In this document: piece by piece, positions 55,844 through 64,000 of the stretch
Numbering within the stretch: the stretch's first letter is position 1
How the letters are laid out: each line of letters begins with the position of its first letter
NCBI GenBank assembly: GCA_050953245.1
Contig: JBMNMG010000002.1
Coordinates: 266,903 to 330,902, forward strand
DNA from: Bacteroidales bacterium
Lineage (GTDB): Bacteria; Bacteroidota; Bacteroidia; Bacteroidales; BM520
Direction: 5' to 3'
DNA length: 64,000 nt
Notes under the pieces: model-generated
What the model saw: the letters and a program-made list of their open reading frames with translations, nothing else
Databases searched by the model: none
What the model was told of the DNA's origin: nothing
Position numbers and translations under genes: made by a program

Positions 55844-56959
55844 TTATTTTTGTAAATTAATAGATATCTCGTGAATTAACTCCATAATTTCGGTAATAGT
55901 TTCGGTAGATAAACCTAAACTATTACCTTTTTTTATTCTATCTTCTAACATTCTATTCCATCGTTCTATTTGCAAAGGAGATAAGTTTAAATCTTTTTTC
56001 ACTTTATCTATTTGCTTTACTACTTTGAAACGTTCAGATAGTATGGTAAGCAAGCTTTCATCTAAAATATCTAATAACTCTCTATATTCATTTAGTTTTA
56101 TTAGTTTTTCTGAAGATTTGGATAATTTTTCAATATTATTTTTGTATTTATGTAATTCTAAAATTAATTTTTTATATTCGGTAGGTGTAATTTGTTGTTT
56201 AGAATCTGACAATGCCTTCTTAGGATTATTATGAACTTCTACCATTAAACCATTAGCTCCTAATGTATATGCTCTTTCTGCAATTTCTTTAATATATTGT
56301 TTATCACCGGCAATATGGCTTGGGTCGCAGAATATCGGCATATTTGGAATTAAACTTTTAAGTTTAAGAGGTATTTCCCAATATGGATCATTTCTGAATA
56401 AAATAGGGAGGGAACTATTGAATCCTCTATGAATTGCAGCAATTTTATTTACTCCCACTTCGTTAATACGCTTGATAGCACCTAACCATAAATTGATATC
56501 CGGTATGATTGGATTTTTAATTAGAACAATAATATCTTCAGCATTCCCATAAGTTTTTATTGCTTGGGCTATTTCATCAATAAAAAAAGAATTAACAGTA
56601 GTCCTAGCTCCCACCCATAAAATATCAATTCCATTATCAAGAGCTATTTTTACATGTTCAGCATTCATTACTTCAATAGTAATAGGAATATTAAAAGTTT
56701 CTTTTACTTTTAGTAACCAATTTATTGCAGGTTCACCTATACCTGAAAAAGCATTGGGATTAGTTCTGGATTTCCAAATTCCTGCTCTAAAAACATTAAT
56801 TGAGTTATCTTTTATAAGTTCCTCGGCAGTTTCTATTATTTGAGTTTCAGATTCAGCAGAGCAAGGACCTGCAATCAATAAAGGAGAGTTTTTATATATA
56901 GGCCAATCTTGTAGTTTGTCGATAATAACAGAGGAAATATCAATATAATTATTTTTCAT
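55844..56959 (-). CDS. Bifunctional 3-deoxy-7-phosphoheptulonate (DAHP) synthase / chorismate mutase type II
   Basis: LIAGPCSAES, DPSH KDO8P/DAHP-synthase I-beta motifs; C-terminal ~90-aa AroQ-type helical domain (R..ID.LD..L..LL..R). Confidence 0.85.
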   Translation of the reverse strand: MKNNYIDISSVIIDKLQDWPIYKNSPLLIAGPCSAESETQIIETAEELIKDNSINVFRAGIWKSRTNPNAFSGIGEPAINWLLKVKETFNIPITIEVMNAEHVKIALDNGIDILWVGARTTVNSFFIDEIAQAIKTYGNAEDIIVLIKNPIIPDINLWLGAIKRINEVGVNKIAAIHRGFNSSLPILFRNDPYWEIPLKLKSLIPNMPIFCDPSHIAGDKQYIKEIAERAYTLGANGLMVEVHNNPKKALSDSKQQITPTEYKKLILELHKYKNNIEKLSKSSEKLIKLNEYRELLDILDESLLTILSERFKVVKQIDKVKKDLNLSPLQIERWNRMLEDRIKKGNSLGLSTETITEIMELIHEISINLQK

Positions 56960-56960
56960 A

Positions 56961-57890
56961 TTATAACCAATCGCGTCTTTTAAAATAGATAAACATAAGA
57001 ATAGCCATTATAATCATTATGAGTATTATACCAAAAAATGCGTCTTGTTCATCCGCAAAAGGAAGTCTAACATTCATACCGTATAATCCGGTAATAAAAG
57101 TTAAAGGAAGTACTATTGTAGAGAAGAAAGTTAAAATCTTCATTATTTCATTAGTTTTATTAGCCTGCATCGAATCAAAAGTTTTAGATAAACTCTCGAT
57201 CAATTCTTCATAATCTTCAGTCATATCCCAAATTTTTTGGATAGTATCTAATAAATCGCCCCAATAATCTTCCATTGAATCGGAAAATCCCTTTATTCCA
57301 CCGGAAGCAAATTGACGGAAAATTCTAAGTTGAGGTTTAAAAATAGTATTTAATAAAATAATGTTCTTCCTGGTTACAGAAATGCTTTCTATAGACTTTT
57401 GTGCTTTTTGATCAAATAAGTCAGTGCTAATATAATCTATTCCAATACCAATACGTCTTACTAACTTATATGTTTCGTTAATAATAGGATCTAAGATGTT
57501 ATATAATAATTGCTCTGATGAGGCTATCGAAAAATCAGGATGGTCTTGTTCCATTGTACTTTCTAAAACTTTTTGGGCATCATTAAACAAAAGTTTAGTT
57601 GTCCAATGAGGTTTCCCCACAGTAAAAATAGCATCTTCAGTCCAAAAAATATTAATTTCCCTAACTCTTAAAAATTTATTTAATTTATCAAAATAAGGAA
57701 AGTGTAAAATAATAAAGTAGTAGTCATCATATTCATCTATTTTTGAACGCTGTATAACAGAAGTACTTTTACAATCTTCTATATCTAACGGGTGAAAGTG
57801 CATTTCGTTAAGTAAAAAATTGTAATCATCTTCCGTTGGGGTAGGTATGTGATACCATTTTATCGTTCCAAATTTTAATTGATGAATCAT
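56961..57890 (-). CDS. corA: CorA-family magnesium/cobalt transporter
   Basis: C-terminal two TM helices with the YGMN signature (GLYGMNV). Confidence 0.85.
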   Translation of the reverse strand: MIHQLKFGTIKWYHIPTPTEDDYNFLLNEMHFHPLDIEDCKSTSVIQRSKIDEYDDYYFIILHFPYFDKLNKFLRVREINIFWTEDAIFTVGKPHWTTKLLFNDAQKVLESTMEQDHPDFSIASSEQLLYNILDPIINETYKLVRRIGIGIDYISTDLFDQKAQKSIESISVTRKNIILLNTIFKPQLRIFRQFASGGIKGFSDSMEDYWGDLLDTIQKIWDMTEDYEELIESLSKTFDSMQANKTNEIMKILTFFSTIVLPLTFITGLYGMNVRLPFADEQDAFFGIILIMIIMAILMFIYFKRRDWL

Positions 57891-57980
57891 TACTACTAAA
57901 TTAATAACTTGAATTGCTACAAAAATATGTAAATAACCTGCAAATATAATAAATATTACACAAAAACACTTTTTCTTTTT

Positions 57981-58046
57981 CTTAATTTTATTTAAGTATA
58001 ATCTTAATTTTATTTAAGTATAATCTTAATTTTATTTAAGTATAAT
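57981..58046. repeat. Three perfect tandem copies of the 22-mer CTTAATTTTATTTAAGTATAAT
   Basis: Copies at 57981-58002, 58003-58024 and 58025-58046; each contains the inverted repeat CTTAA-N6-TTAAG; lies in the corA/asnS divergent intergenic region. Confidence 0.9.
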
Positions 58047-58099
58047 TCTATTATTCCGAAATTTAGTGTAAATTTGCAGTAAAGTAAAATAAAAAATTT

Positions 58100-59545
58100 A
58101 TGGAAAGAGTTAAAAGAACCAAAATAGTTGATCTATTAAAAGATTTGGACTATGGAAAAGAAGTAGTAGTCAAAGGATGGATACGAAATAAAAGAGAAAG
58201 TAAAAATGTTGCTTTTCTTGCCCTAAATGATGGTTCAACTATTCATAATGTTCAAATTGTTATTTCGGACCCAAATGAAGAATTGATATCTAAATGTACT
58301 GTTGGATCGTCAGTTACTTGTGTAGGAATATGGAGCGAATCTGTTGGCAGTAAACAAAATGGTGAAATTTTATCTAAAGAATTAGTAGTAACCGGTTATG
58401 CAGATCCTGAAAAATATCCTTTACAACCAAAACGTCATTCCTTAGAGTTTTTACGTGAAATTGCGCATTTGCGATTCCGTACTAATTTATTTGGAGCAAT
58501 TTTTAGGGTTCGTCATTCTCTTGCATTTGCAATACATAAGTTTTTTAATGATAAAGGGTTTGTTTATATACATACACCTTTAATTACAGCATCTGATGCT
58601 GAAGGTGCAGGTGAAATGTTTAAAGTAACTACTTTGGATTTAAATAACATACCTAAAACTTTAGATGGAAAAGTTGATTTTTCAAAAGATTTTTTTGAAC
58701 GACCAACTAATTTAACTGTGTCGGGTCAGTTAGAAGGTGAGTTAGCAGCTACTGCGTTATCGGAAATTTATACTTTTGGTCCTACTTTCAGAGCTGAAAA
58801 TTCCAATACAACACGTCACTTGGCTGAGTTCTGGATGATAGAACCTGAAATGGCATTTTACGATATACATGACAACATGGATTTAGCTGAAGAAATGTTA
58901 AAGTATTTAGTTAAATATGCATTAGATAATTGTTATGATGATTTATTATTTCTTGAGCAAAGGGCCATCAACGAGCAAAAGAATTTACCTAAAGCACAGC
59001 AAAATGAAATGACTTTAATTGAAAAATTAAATTTTGTTTTAGAAAAAGAATTTGTTCGTCTGACTTATACGGAAGCAATAGAAATCCTTAAAAACAGTAA
59101 TTATAATAAAAAGAATAAATTTAAATATCCGGTAGATAAATGGGGTATAGATCTGCAATCGGAACATGAAAGATATTTAGTTGAGAAACATTTTAAAACT
59201 CCTGTAATTTTAACAGATTATCCTCAAGAAATTAAAGCATTTTATATGAAACAAAATGATGATGGAAAAACTGTTAGAGCCATGGATGTACTTTTCCCTC
59301 AAATAGGAGAAATAATAGGAGGTTCTGAGAGAGAAGCAGATTATGATGTTTTATTAGACAAAATGAAAAGAATGAATATCCCATATAATGAAATGGAATG
59401 GTATTTAGATACTCGCAGATTTGGAACAGTAGAACATAGTGGATTTGGATTAGGTTTTGAACGATTAGTACTATTTATAACCGGAATGACAAATATTAGA
59501 GATGTAATAGCATTTCCTAGGACTCCGGGTAATGCAGAATTTTAA
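58100..59545 (+). CDS. asnS: Asparaginyl-tRNA synthetase
   Basis: Class IIb OB N-domain; [21 protein letters not shown] (motif 2) and GFGLGFERL (motif 3). Confidence 0.93.
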   Translation: MERVKRTKIVDLLKDLDYGKEVVVKGWIRNKRESKNVAFLALNDGSTIHNVQIVISDPNEELISKCTVGSSVTCVGIWSESVGSKQNGEILSKELVVTGYADPEKYPLQPKRHSLEFLREIAHLRFRTNLFGAIFRVRHSLAFAIHKFFNDKGFVYIHTPLITASDAEGAGEMFKVTTLDLNNIPKTLDGKVDFSKDFFERPTNLTVSGQLEGELAATALSEIYTFGPTFRAENSNTTRHLAEFWMIEPEMAFYDIHDNMDLAEEMLKYLVKYALDNCYDDLLFLEQRAINEQKNLPKAQQNEMTLIEKLNFVLEKEFVRLTYTEAIEILKNSNYNKKNKFKYPVDKWGIDLQSEHERYLVEKHFKTPVILTDYPQEIKAFYMKQNDDGKTVRAMDVLFPQIGEIIGGSEREADYDVLLDKMKRMNIPYNEMEWYLDTRRFGTVEHSGFGLGFERLVLFITGMTNIRDVIAFPRTPGNAEF

Positions 59546-59551
59546 ATTATT

Positions 59552-61042
59552 ATGTTAAAACAACGTCTTCAACAAAAAATGCAGCAAAAGCTTTCTCCTC
59601 AGCAAATTCAGCTGATGAAGCTTTTACAATTGCCTGTAATGGAATTAGAACAGAGGATTAAAAAGGAAATAGAAGAAAATCCTGTGTTGGAAGATATGGC
59701 TGATATAGGTACTACAGAAGACGATGATCAAGAAACTAATTTTTCTAAAGAAGATTCTGAGGATCAAATGGATCAAAATTCAGAGGAAAACGAAAAATCT
59801 GATGAAGATGAATTTACTATAGAAGATTTCTCCGAGTATGATGATGACGACGATATCCCTGCTTATAAATTATATGCAAATAATAAAAGCAGAGATGATG
59901 AAACTCCAAATATGCCTATTCCGGATAGAAGAAGTTTTTTCGACCACTTACATGATCAGTTACCGATGTTAGTTTTAGATGATAAACAAGAAATCATCGC
60001 AGAATTTATTATTGGTAATTTAAATGGAGCAGGTTATTTAAATAGAACTACTCAATCTATCGTAGATGATTTGTTAATTATTGAAGGTATTGAGGTTTCA
60101 GAAGAAGAAGTAGAAAAAGTCTTAAAAAAAATTCAAACTTTAGATCCTTCAGGGGTAGGAGCTCGTAATCTACAAGAATGTTTATTAATACAATTGCACA
60201 GATTTCCAAAAAACGATACTGTAGAACTTGCAATTAGTATTATAGAGAATTGTATGGATGAGTTTACTAAAAAACATTATCATAAAATTTTATCAAAACT
60301 TAAAATTACAGAAGAACAACTAAAAGATGCAGAAAAATTAATTGTTAAATTAAATCCAAAACCCGGAAATTCAAGTTCAGAATCTGCCAAAAATGTGGAA
60401 TACGTAACTCCTGATTTTGTTGTTTATGTAGTAGATGATAAAGTGTATGTTAACTTAACATCTAAAAACATGCCTGAATTAAGAGTTAAGAAGAGGTATT
60501 CAAGTCTGTATAATCAAATGGCAACTTCTGATAAACAGTCCGATAAGGAGGTAGCAGATTATGTTAAGAATAAAATAGAATCTGCAAATAACTTTATTTA
60601 TTTAATTCAGCAAAGGATGAAAACCTTAATTAATACTATGCAAACTATAGTTGATATGCAATATGAATTCTTCTTAACAGGAGATGAACGTAATATTAAA
60701 CCTATGGTTTTAAAAGATATTGCTGAAAAAATAGATATGAATATTTCTACGGTATCAAGAGTCGTAAATAGTAAATATGTTTCTACCCCTTATGGAACTT
60801 ATTTATTAAAATACTTTTTTTCAGAATCTGTAGAAAACGAATTTGGTGAAGAAATTTCTACTATAGAAATAAAAACTGTACTGGAGCAATGTATTGCTGA
60901 AGAAGATAAATCGGATCCGCTAACAGATGATCAATTAATGGAATTAATGAAAGAAAAAGGTTATCCAATAGCCAGAAGAACCGTTGCTAAATATCGCCAG
61001 CAATTAAAAATTCCTGTTGCTCGATTGAGAAAACAAATTTAG
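59552..61042 (+). CDS. rpoN: RNA polymerase sigma-54 factor
   Basis: N-terminal Q/L-rich region I, acidic region II, C-terminal HTH and RpoN box ARRTVAKYR. Confidence 0.93.
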   Translation: MLKQRLQQKMQQKLSPQQIQLMKLLQLPVMELEQRIKKEIEENPVLEDMADIGTTEDDDQETNFSKEDSEDQMDQNSEENEKSDEDEFTIEDFSEYDDDDDIPAYKLYANNKSRDDETPNMPIPDRRSFFDHLHDQLPMLVLDDKQEIIAEFIIGNLNGAGYLNRTTQSIVDDLLIIEGIEVSEEEVEKVLKKIQTLDPSGVGARNLQECLLIQLHRFPKNDTVELAISIIENCMDEFTKKHYHKILSKLKITEEQLKDAEKLIVKLNPKPGNSSSESAKNVEYVTPDFVVYVVDDKVYVNLTSKNMPELRVKKRYSSLYNQMATSDKQSDKEVADYVKNKIESANNFIYLIQQRMKTLINTMQTIVDMQYEFFLTGDERNIKPMVLKDIAEKIDMNISTVSRVVNSKYVSTPYGTYLLKYFFSESVENEFGEEISTIEIKTVLEQCIAEEDKSDPLTDDQLMELMKEKGYPIARRTVAKYRQQLKIPVARLRKQI

Positions 61043-61044
61043 AT

Positions 61045-61656
61045 ATGACAAAAGTTCATAATTTTATTTCAAAATTAATAAATATTATCTTTCATCCATT
61101 ATGTATGATTACGTATGTAATGGTATTTTTTTTATATCTTAATAATTTCTTTAATATTATTTTTCCGTCAAATATCAAGTATACCATTCTTGGTTTTGTT
61201 ATAGTTACAACTATATTAATTCCGTTGATGTGTTATTTATCGTTACGATATTTTAATCTCTTTGAAGGAGTTAATTTAAAAATCCAAAAGTTATTAATAA
61301 CAATCTTTTTTAGCATCATAGTTTTTTTTACTGCCAGATCTTTAGCTAAAATTGGATTACCCTTTACAATAGTTAGATTTTTATTTTTTAATTCAGCATT
61401 ATTATTAGTATTTGCGCTAGTGACGTTAATAGCAGATATTAATTTTTCTGCCATTGGGATAGGTGAGTTAATAGGAATTTATATGTGTTGGATGAGATAT
61501 TTAATAGTCGATAACATATATATTTTTGTTCACCTACTATTAATATTTGGATTAATAGGGTTTTCTCAAATATATCTAAAAAAAGTAAAACCATTAAATT
61601 ATTGCTTGGAAACTCTCATAGGAGTTTTCTTTGCAATTTTTGCTGTTTTATTTTAG
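61045..61656 (+). CDS. Hypothetical polytopic membrane protein
   Basis: 203 aa, about 6 hydrophobic helices; abuts the rpoN stop; no family recognised. Confidence 0.4.
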   Translation: MTKVHNFISKLINIIFHPLCMITYVMVFFLYLNNFFNIIFPSNIKYTILGFVIVTTILIPLMCYLSLRYFNLFEGVNLKIQKLLITIFFSIIVFFTARSLAKIGLPFTIVRFLFFNSALLLVFALVTLIADINFSAIGIGELIGIYMCWMRYLIVDNIYIFVHLLLIFGLIGFSQIYLKKVKPLNYCLETLIGVFFAIFAVLF

Positions 61657-61720
61657 TTAGATAATCAATTTAATATTATCTTAAGATATAATATTTTCTA
61701 TTTAGTATTTTAATTGGTTT

Positions 61721-62431
61721 TTACCAACCATCAGGAGTAAATGAAATACCTATCGATAATGGATTTAATTTGCTTCCACCACTTGGATCATAAACACTTA
61801 CTAATGAATAAGAAGCGTATAAATTAAACCATTTCCATCCAAATCTTACTATAGGACCAATTTGGAAATTGGATAAATTATTTAATTTGTATTTCTTAAT
61901 CTTTATTGCGTCAGTGGTCCCAAATATGAAATCAGTTCCTTTATATTTATGATGAGAGTTAATTAAGAATCCGATCTTAACACCGGCAGTAAATTTTAAT
62001 CCGTTATTAGCTCTATATCTAAATTCTAAAGGAATATCTATATAGTTAAGTGACATTTTATTTTTAGAAACACTTAAACTATTTTGTAAACTGTCTGTAG
62101 GAATAAAATAAAAATCTTCACCCCAGTTTTCATTATGTAAAGCAGTTGGTACCATATCCTTAGGTAAGGATTTTAAATAATAATTATAGAAAGTAAAACC
62201 ACCACCTATAGAAAATGCAAAGTTTGATTTTCCGAAAGGAACTACATAAGATGCATTTATACTAACTCCGGGATTAATGGCTTTATTATTAAAATTGTCC
62301 GGTTTGTTTATTGGAATAACAGTAAATACATCTGTAGAGTTTGTATATCTTCTTTTTATATGATCAGGAACTTGACTGAATAATGAAGTTGTTACAAAAA
62401 TAGTTAATAATATTGATACAAAACGTTTCAT
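61721..62431 (-). CDS. Outer-membrane beta-barrel (porin-family) protein
   Basis: Signal peptide; amphipathic beta-strand periodicity; aromatic-rich C-terminal strand (ISFTPDGW). Confidence 0.5.
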   Translation of the reverse strand: MKRFVSILLTIFVTTSLFSQVPDHIKRRYTNSTDVFTVIPINKPDNFNNKAINPGVSINASYVVPFGKSNFAFSIGGGFTFYNYYLKSLPKDMVPTALHNENWGEDFYFIPTDSLQNSLSVSKNKMSLNYIDIPLEFRYRANNGLKFTAGVKIGFLINSHHKYKGTDFIFGTTDAIKIKKYKLNNLSNFQIGPIVRFGWKWFNLYASYSLVSVYDPSGGSKLNPLSIGISFTPDGW

Positions 62432-62624
62432 ATTTTTAATTTTTATTTTTTAACCACCTGCAAATATAACTGATTATTTTGTAATTTTTATTTTCAGAAA
62501 TAAAAATTAGTTTCTTTAAATATGAAAAAACAACCAAAATGTTAAATAACGTTAAAAAAATAACTTTTCACTGACATTTTTATAATTAGACGATAAAAAA
62601 ATGTAACAATAAAAAGTTAAAAGA

Positions 62625-64000
62625 ATGTTGCCTACTAAGTCAGTTTTATTTATTTCTTTTTTTATGATGTTTATTAATACTGTCAATAATACAGTTTTAG
62701 CTCAATTTTCTGATAACTTCTCGGATGAAGATTTTACATCCAATCCATCGTGGTTTGGCACAGATTCTTTATTTATTGTTAATAAAGATGGAGAATTGCA
62801 AGTTTACGATCAAACAGCAAGTGAAGCTTTTTTATTTACTGAAAGTGAAATAGCTCAACAAGTTGAGTGGAATTTTAGAGTTAAACTTGCATTTTCACCA
62901 TCCGATAATAATTCTGTTAAAATTTGGTTATTAATTGATGAGTTTGACTTACACACGCTTACAATTTATAGAGGAGTTTATTTCTTAATTGGTGAACAAG
63001 GAAATTCGGATGCCGGACGTTTGTATGAGTATAATTATGGTGAAAGTAATCAAATATTATGTGGTATTGATGGAAGTCTGGCATCTGCTTTTTCTAAAGA
63101 TTTTAAAATTCGAAGAACAATAAATAATGAATGGATCATTTTTTCTAAAAATTCTAATGAATTTACTTATACGATAGAAGATAGAGGTTATTATAATTCT
63201 ACTATTAATAATTCAAATTATTTTGGTATTCATTGTAAATATACAAAATCTAATGCCCAAAAATTTTATTTTGATAATTTTGAAGTTAAAACTTTAGATA
63301 TAGATCTAACAAAACCTACTATTACAAATTTGATTTACAATTTCGATAATAGTTTTTCTGTATTTTTCTCCAAACCAATTATTCATAATAGTGTTTATAG
63401 TTATTATTTACAAAATAGTTTCTTAAATCCTGATACTATTATTCCAACAAGTCCAAATTCTTGTAAAGTACTTTTTAAGAAAGTTTTTAATGAAGATTAT
63501 GTCGATTATTTATGTGTTTCAGATATTTCCGATTTAAATTTTAATATTCTTAAAGATACATGTATATATTTTAAGATTAACTATTTATGTACCGGCGATG
63601 TAGTTATTAATGAGATTTTGTTTGATAATACTCCACAAATGTCTTACGATAAAAAATTTGTTGAGATATTTAATAAAACTCACTTGCCTGTTAGTTTAAG
63701 TAATTGGATTTTAGAAGTTTCTCCGGAAAAGTATTTTATTTTAGAAGATACTATTATTAATAATAATTCGTATTATGTTTTAAATAAAGACAATTACAAA
63801 TATTTCACATTACCGGATTCCGGTACTCTTAAATTAAAAATGCCTAATGGAAAAATAATAGATAGTATTTTTTACGAAAAATATCTTTTTAGTAGTTCTG
63901 AAAAAAGTAAAGGAGGTTGGTCCTTAGAGCGATTTAACAATAACTTACTATTTGAATGTATTGATACTTGCGGAAGTACTCCTAATAAAGCAAATTCGAT
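62625..64000 (+). CDS. Large secreted protein with lamin-tail-domain-like segment; 3' end lies beyond the window; not in the ORF track
   Basis: Hand translation from the ATG at 62625 shows no stop through 63998: MLPTKSVLFISFFMMFINTVNNTVLAQFSDNF...; GDVVINEILFD...FVEIFN...SNW resembles LTD motifs. Confidence 0.55.
   Translation, partial: MLPTKSVLFISFFMMFINTVNNTVLAQFSDNFSDEDFTSNPSWFGTDSLFIVNKDGELQVYDQTASEAFLFTESEIAQQVEWNFRVKLAFSPSDNNSVKIWLLIDEFDLHTLTIYRGVYFLIGEQGNSDAGRLYEYNYGESNQILCGIDGSLASAFSKDFKIRRTINNEWIIFSKNSNEFTYTIEDRGYYNSTINNSNYFGIHCKYTKSNAQKFYFDNFEVKTLDIDLTKPTITNLIYNFDNSFSVFFSKPIIHNSVYSYYLQNSFLNPDTIIPTSPNSCKVLFKKVFNEDYVDYLCVSDISDLNFNILKDTCIYFKINYLCTGDVVINEILFDNTPQMSYDKKFVEIFNKTHLPVSLSNWILEVSPEKYFILEDTIINNNSYYVLNKDNYKYFTLPDSGTLKLKMPNGKIIDSIFYEKYLFSSSEKSKGGWSLERFNNNLLFECIDTCGSTPNKANS

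Noticed and set aside
57981-58046. The tandem 22-bp repeats were considered as a possible CRISPR array.
   Set aside because: The repeats are directly adjacent with no spacers, there are only three units, they are AT-rich, and no cas genes are present.

Overview
Low-GC Bacteroidota chromosome segment. The lineage call rests on T9SS C-terminal sorting domains, GldD, sigma-54, TAnnTTTG-type promoter boxes and the absence of Shine-Dalgarno sites. Most of the window is housekeeping: gpmI, pgi, leuS, purN, gmk, nadD, an FMN-riboswitch-controlled ribD-ribE-ribBA-ribH operon, trpS, rng, HU, ssb, asnS, rpoN, tRNA-Phe and tRNA-Arg. Also present are a TetR/TolC/MFP/RND efflux operon and several large T9SS-secreted hydrolases, one a 1409-aa protein with two complete S8 protease modules. 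Two accessory insertions stand out. The first is an AbiEi/AbiEii toxin-antitoxin pair between ribH and rubrerythrin. The second is an 8.9-kb composite transposon (42426-51368) bounded by two nearly identical IS982-family copies. Its visibly GC-richer cargo carries an orphan four-gene membrane/lipoprotein operon. Divergent from that operon is a cluster of DUF134 regulator, MBL-fold hydrolase, two NifX/NifB-like proteins, a DsrE-like protein, an RGG-rich DUF5320 protein and two MinD-type ATPases with ferredoxin inserts. To my knowledge this module is recurrent but functionally uncharacterised, and I consider it the best candidate for an undescribed system. No rRNA or CRISPR array was seen. All calls come from reading the sequence and remembered family motifs; no searches were run.
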